Of a stretch of DNA of 62,643 bases, positions 60,775 to 62,643 are shown piece after piece. The stretch comes from Rhodanobacteraceae bacterium (GTDB lineage Bacteria > Pseudomonadota > Gammaproteobacteria > Xanthomonadales > SZUA-5). Made by a program: the position numbers and the translations under genes. Position 1 is the stretch's first letter. Every line of letters begins with the position of its first letter. The notes under the pieces were generated by a model. It ran no database searches, was not told the origin of the DNA, and saw nothing but the letters and a program-made list of their open reading frames with translations. The DNA lies in NCBI GenBank assembly GCA_043754435.1, contig JAYUUS010000020.1, positions 1 through 62,643 on the forward strand, written 5' to 3'.

Positions 60775-61413
60775 GTGAGTATCGGTGGGGTGATTAAAGA
60801 GCGTCGAAATTTGGCGCTCTTTGATTTTGACGGGACAATTACGAGCCGCGATGTCTATGGCGTTTTTGTGGCATTGGCGGTGCCACGTTGGCGGTTAATT
60901 TTAGCGCTGGTGTTTACTTGGCCGCTTATTCTTGCGTATCGCTATGGTTGGCTAAAAGGCACCACTGGGCGGGCAAGTGTGGCTTGGGTTGGCTTTTATC
61001 GCGCGCGCTGCGCGACGGTTGAAGCAGTTGCGCAACAGGTAGCGACGAAGCACATTCCGGCATTGATTCGTCCGGAAATATGGGCCAAGTTAGCGGCGCA
61101 TTTGGCTCAAGGCGATCAGGTTGCGGTAGTTTCTGGGTCGTTTGATCTGTATTTGCGGCCTTGGTGTGAGGCGCATGGTTTACAGTTATTTTGCTCGTCA
61201 TTAGAACGTTCAGGGGATCGATTCACTGGCCGCTATCAAGGCTTTCAGTGCGTAGGCGCGGAAAAAGTGCGGCGGGTGTGTGAGTATTTTAATCTGAATC
61301 AGTTTGCGGAAATCTATGCCTACGGCGACACACCCGACGACCGAGAACTATTGGCTTTAGCGCACCGGAAGTTTTATCGCGGCAAAGAGATCCACGATTT
61401 GGCGGTGGTTTAG
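60775..61413 (+). CDS. HAD-IB family hydrolase (phosphoserine-phosphatase-like)
   Basis: LALFDFDGTIT (motif I), ..VAVVSGS.. (motif II) and ..YGDTPDDRELL (motif IV). The track start is not an ATG, so the start is uncertain. Confidence 0.65.
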   Translation: MSIGGVIKERRNLALFDFDGTITSRDVYGVFVALAVPRWRLILALVFTWPLILAYRYGWLKGTTGRASVAWVGFYRARCATVEAVAQQVATKHIPALIRPEIWAKLAAHLAQGDQVAVVSGSFDLYLRPWCEAHGLQLFCSSLERSGDRFTGRYQGFQCVGAEKVRRVCEYFNLNQFAEIYAYGDTPDDRELLALAHRKFYRGKEIHDLAVV

Positions 61414-61415
61414 CG

Positions 61416-62498
61416 ATGCACATTCAGCGGCTATTGATTGATCGCTTACGCTGCTTAGATAAAGTTGAACTTAATCTTGGGCCGGGTTTGCATGTTTTTG
61501 TTGGGTCAAACGGTTCGGGCAAAACCTCAGTTTTAGAAGCGGCGGCGCTGCTTGGGTCGGGCCGCTCGTTTCGTGCGGGTGCTCAGGACGCTTTGATCGC
61601 GCGTGGCGCGGATAAGCTTTCTGTCTTTGCTGAGCTTGAGATATTCAGTGATGTGCACCAAGTCGGTTTTGAGCGCTCGCGTAAAGGTTGGCGGGGGCGT
61701 TTGAACGGCTTAGACATCACTCAGCTGACGCAATTGGTACGCCTTGCCCCAATTTGGGTGGTTGAACCCAACTCACATGAATTGATTTCCGGGGGTTCTG
61801 AAGCACGCCGGGCGCTGATCGACTGGCTTTTGTTCCACGTAGAACCTAGTTTTGCGGGAATCGCGGCGCGCTACAAGGCGGCATTGAGGCAGCGTAATGC
61901 CCTGTTAAAATTTGAAAGCGATGCTAAGGAACTTGAAGCTTGGACGGCGATGGTGGTCGTTTTGGGCACTGAGTTAGCGGAGCTACGCAATCGTTATATA
62001 CCGGAGTGGATCAGTGCGGTGCGGGAAAGTGCTGCGCGTTTGTTGCCGGAGTTGGGTGCGGTGTCACTGAGCTTTAAATCGGGTTGGCCCAGCGAGCTGA
62101 GTGCGACTGAAGCAATGGCGGCGCGATTAGTGCGTGATCGCGCTTTAGGGTACACCAGCGCTGGCCCGCATCGTGCCGATTGGAGTTTGAGTTTCGAGCA
62201 TGCGCCAGCGCGTGAGCAATTTTCGCGCGGTCAAACAAAAAATGCCTGCTTAAGCGCGGTGTTTGGCACGCTCAGCAGCTATCATGCGCACAGTGGTGAA
62301 AAGCCGGTTTTATGCTTAGATGATTTGTTTTCAGAGTTAGATATAGAGCACCAAGCGCACTGTTTAAGACTTGCGTTTGAAGTCGCCGATCAGGTGTTGG
62401 TGACAGGTGTGGCGTTGAGTGAAGCGATCAGCGCTTGGCCCGGAAAGCTCAAGGTATGGGAAGTTAATCTTGGTGCGGTTACTTCACGGTTCAATTAG
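61416..62498 (+). CDS. recF: DNA replication and repair protein RecF
   Basis: VGSNGSGKTSVLEA Walker A, LLFHVEP, ..GPHRADW.. and LCLDDLFSELD. Confidence 0.93.
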   Translation: MHIQRLLIDRLRCLDKVELNLGPGLHVFVGSNGSGKTSVLEAAALLGSGRSFRAGAQDALIARGADKLSVFAELEIFSDVHQVGFERSRKGWRGRLNGLDITQLTQLVRLAPIWVVEPNSHELISGGSEARRALIDWLLFHVEPSFAGIAARYKAALRQRNALLKFESDAKELEAWTAMVVVLGTELAELRNRYIPEWISAVRESAARLLPELGAVSLSFKSGWPSELSATEAMAARLVRDRALGYTSAGPHRADWSLSFEHAPAREQFSRGQTKNACLSAVFGTLSSYHAHSGEKPVLCLDDLFSELDIEHQAHCLRLAFEVADQVLVTGVALSEAISAWPGKLKVWEVNLGAVTSRFN

Positions 62499-62512
62499 TC
62501 GGCACATTATTT

Positions 62513-62526
62513 CTTCCACGTGGAAC
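62513..62526. repeat. Near-perfect copy of the GTTCCACGTGGAAC palindrome downstream of recF
   Basis: cttccacgtggaac. The inner 12 bp, ttccacgtggaa, are a perfect palindrome. It lies 15 bp after the recF stop. Confidence 0.8.
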
Positions 62527-62643
62527 GTCTCGAACCTATGTGGAGCTAGCAGGCTGTTGAAATTCACGCACCCATTTCCCCGACAGCGTCAAGCCCACTA
62601 AAAAATTAGCAATTTTCAGGTTTATTTAACTTAAAAACCGCCT

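Noticed and set aside
61832-61845. A seventh, one-mismatch copy of the GTTCCACGTGGAAC palindrome (gttccacgtagaac) inside recF
   Set aside because: It encodes the conserved RecF peptide ..LLFHVEP... The similarity is most simply explained by coding constraint, so I did not count it in the intergenic repeat family.

Overview
This is a 62.6-kb chromosomal segment of a proteobacterium. Gene content and order look gammaproteobacterial, and GC is moderate by eye (not computed). Most of it is housekeeping: xerD (partial), lipB, lgt, ppk2, ilvE, accA, deaD, minCDE, nth, a DinG/YoaA-type helicase, amgK-murU, the complete atpIBEFHAGDC operon, pepP, gyrB, comEA, gcvP behind a tandem glycine riboswitch, pgk and dnaN-recF. 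No rRNA, tRNA, CRISPR array or intact transposase or integrase was seen. Small accessory pieces are scattered through this core. There are five toxin-antitoxin loci: higBA-like, PIN/HTH, a hicA remnant with hicB, parDE-like, and vapB with a vapC remnant. There is also an orphan Rhs-core remnant, an SNF2-helicase remnant and several families of palindromic or tandem intergenic repeats. The strongest candidate for a new system is a tightly coupled operon at 24.5-26.3 kb. It starts with a 53-codon ORF that is too short for the ORF track and has a textbook lasso-peptide leader and core. An HPr-kinase-like protein, a lasso B2 protease and a PqqD/B1 chaperone follow, but the window holds no lasso cyclase (C) and no exporter. 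A DesK/NarL-type two-component pair sits directly upstream. Other points worth a second look: three tandem AIM24/DUF124 paralogues; an over-represented 14-bp perfect palindrome, GTTCCACGTGGAAC, at gene ends; repeat-filled spacers inside the atp and min operons; a DeaD helicase with a long repeat-rich tail; and a disrupted origin-type gene order. In that last case dnaN has DnaA boxes but no dnaA upstream, a HAD gene lies between dnaN and recF, and gyrB is about 14 kb away on the other strand. All calls come from reading the sequence and the supplied translations. No database search was run.
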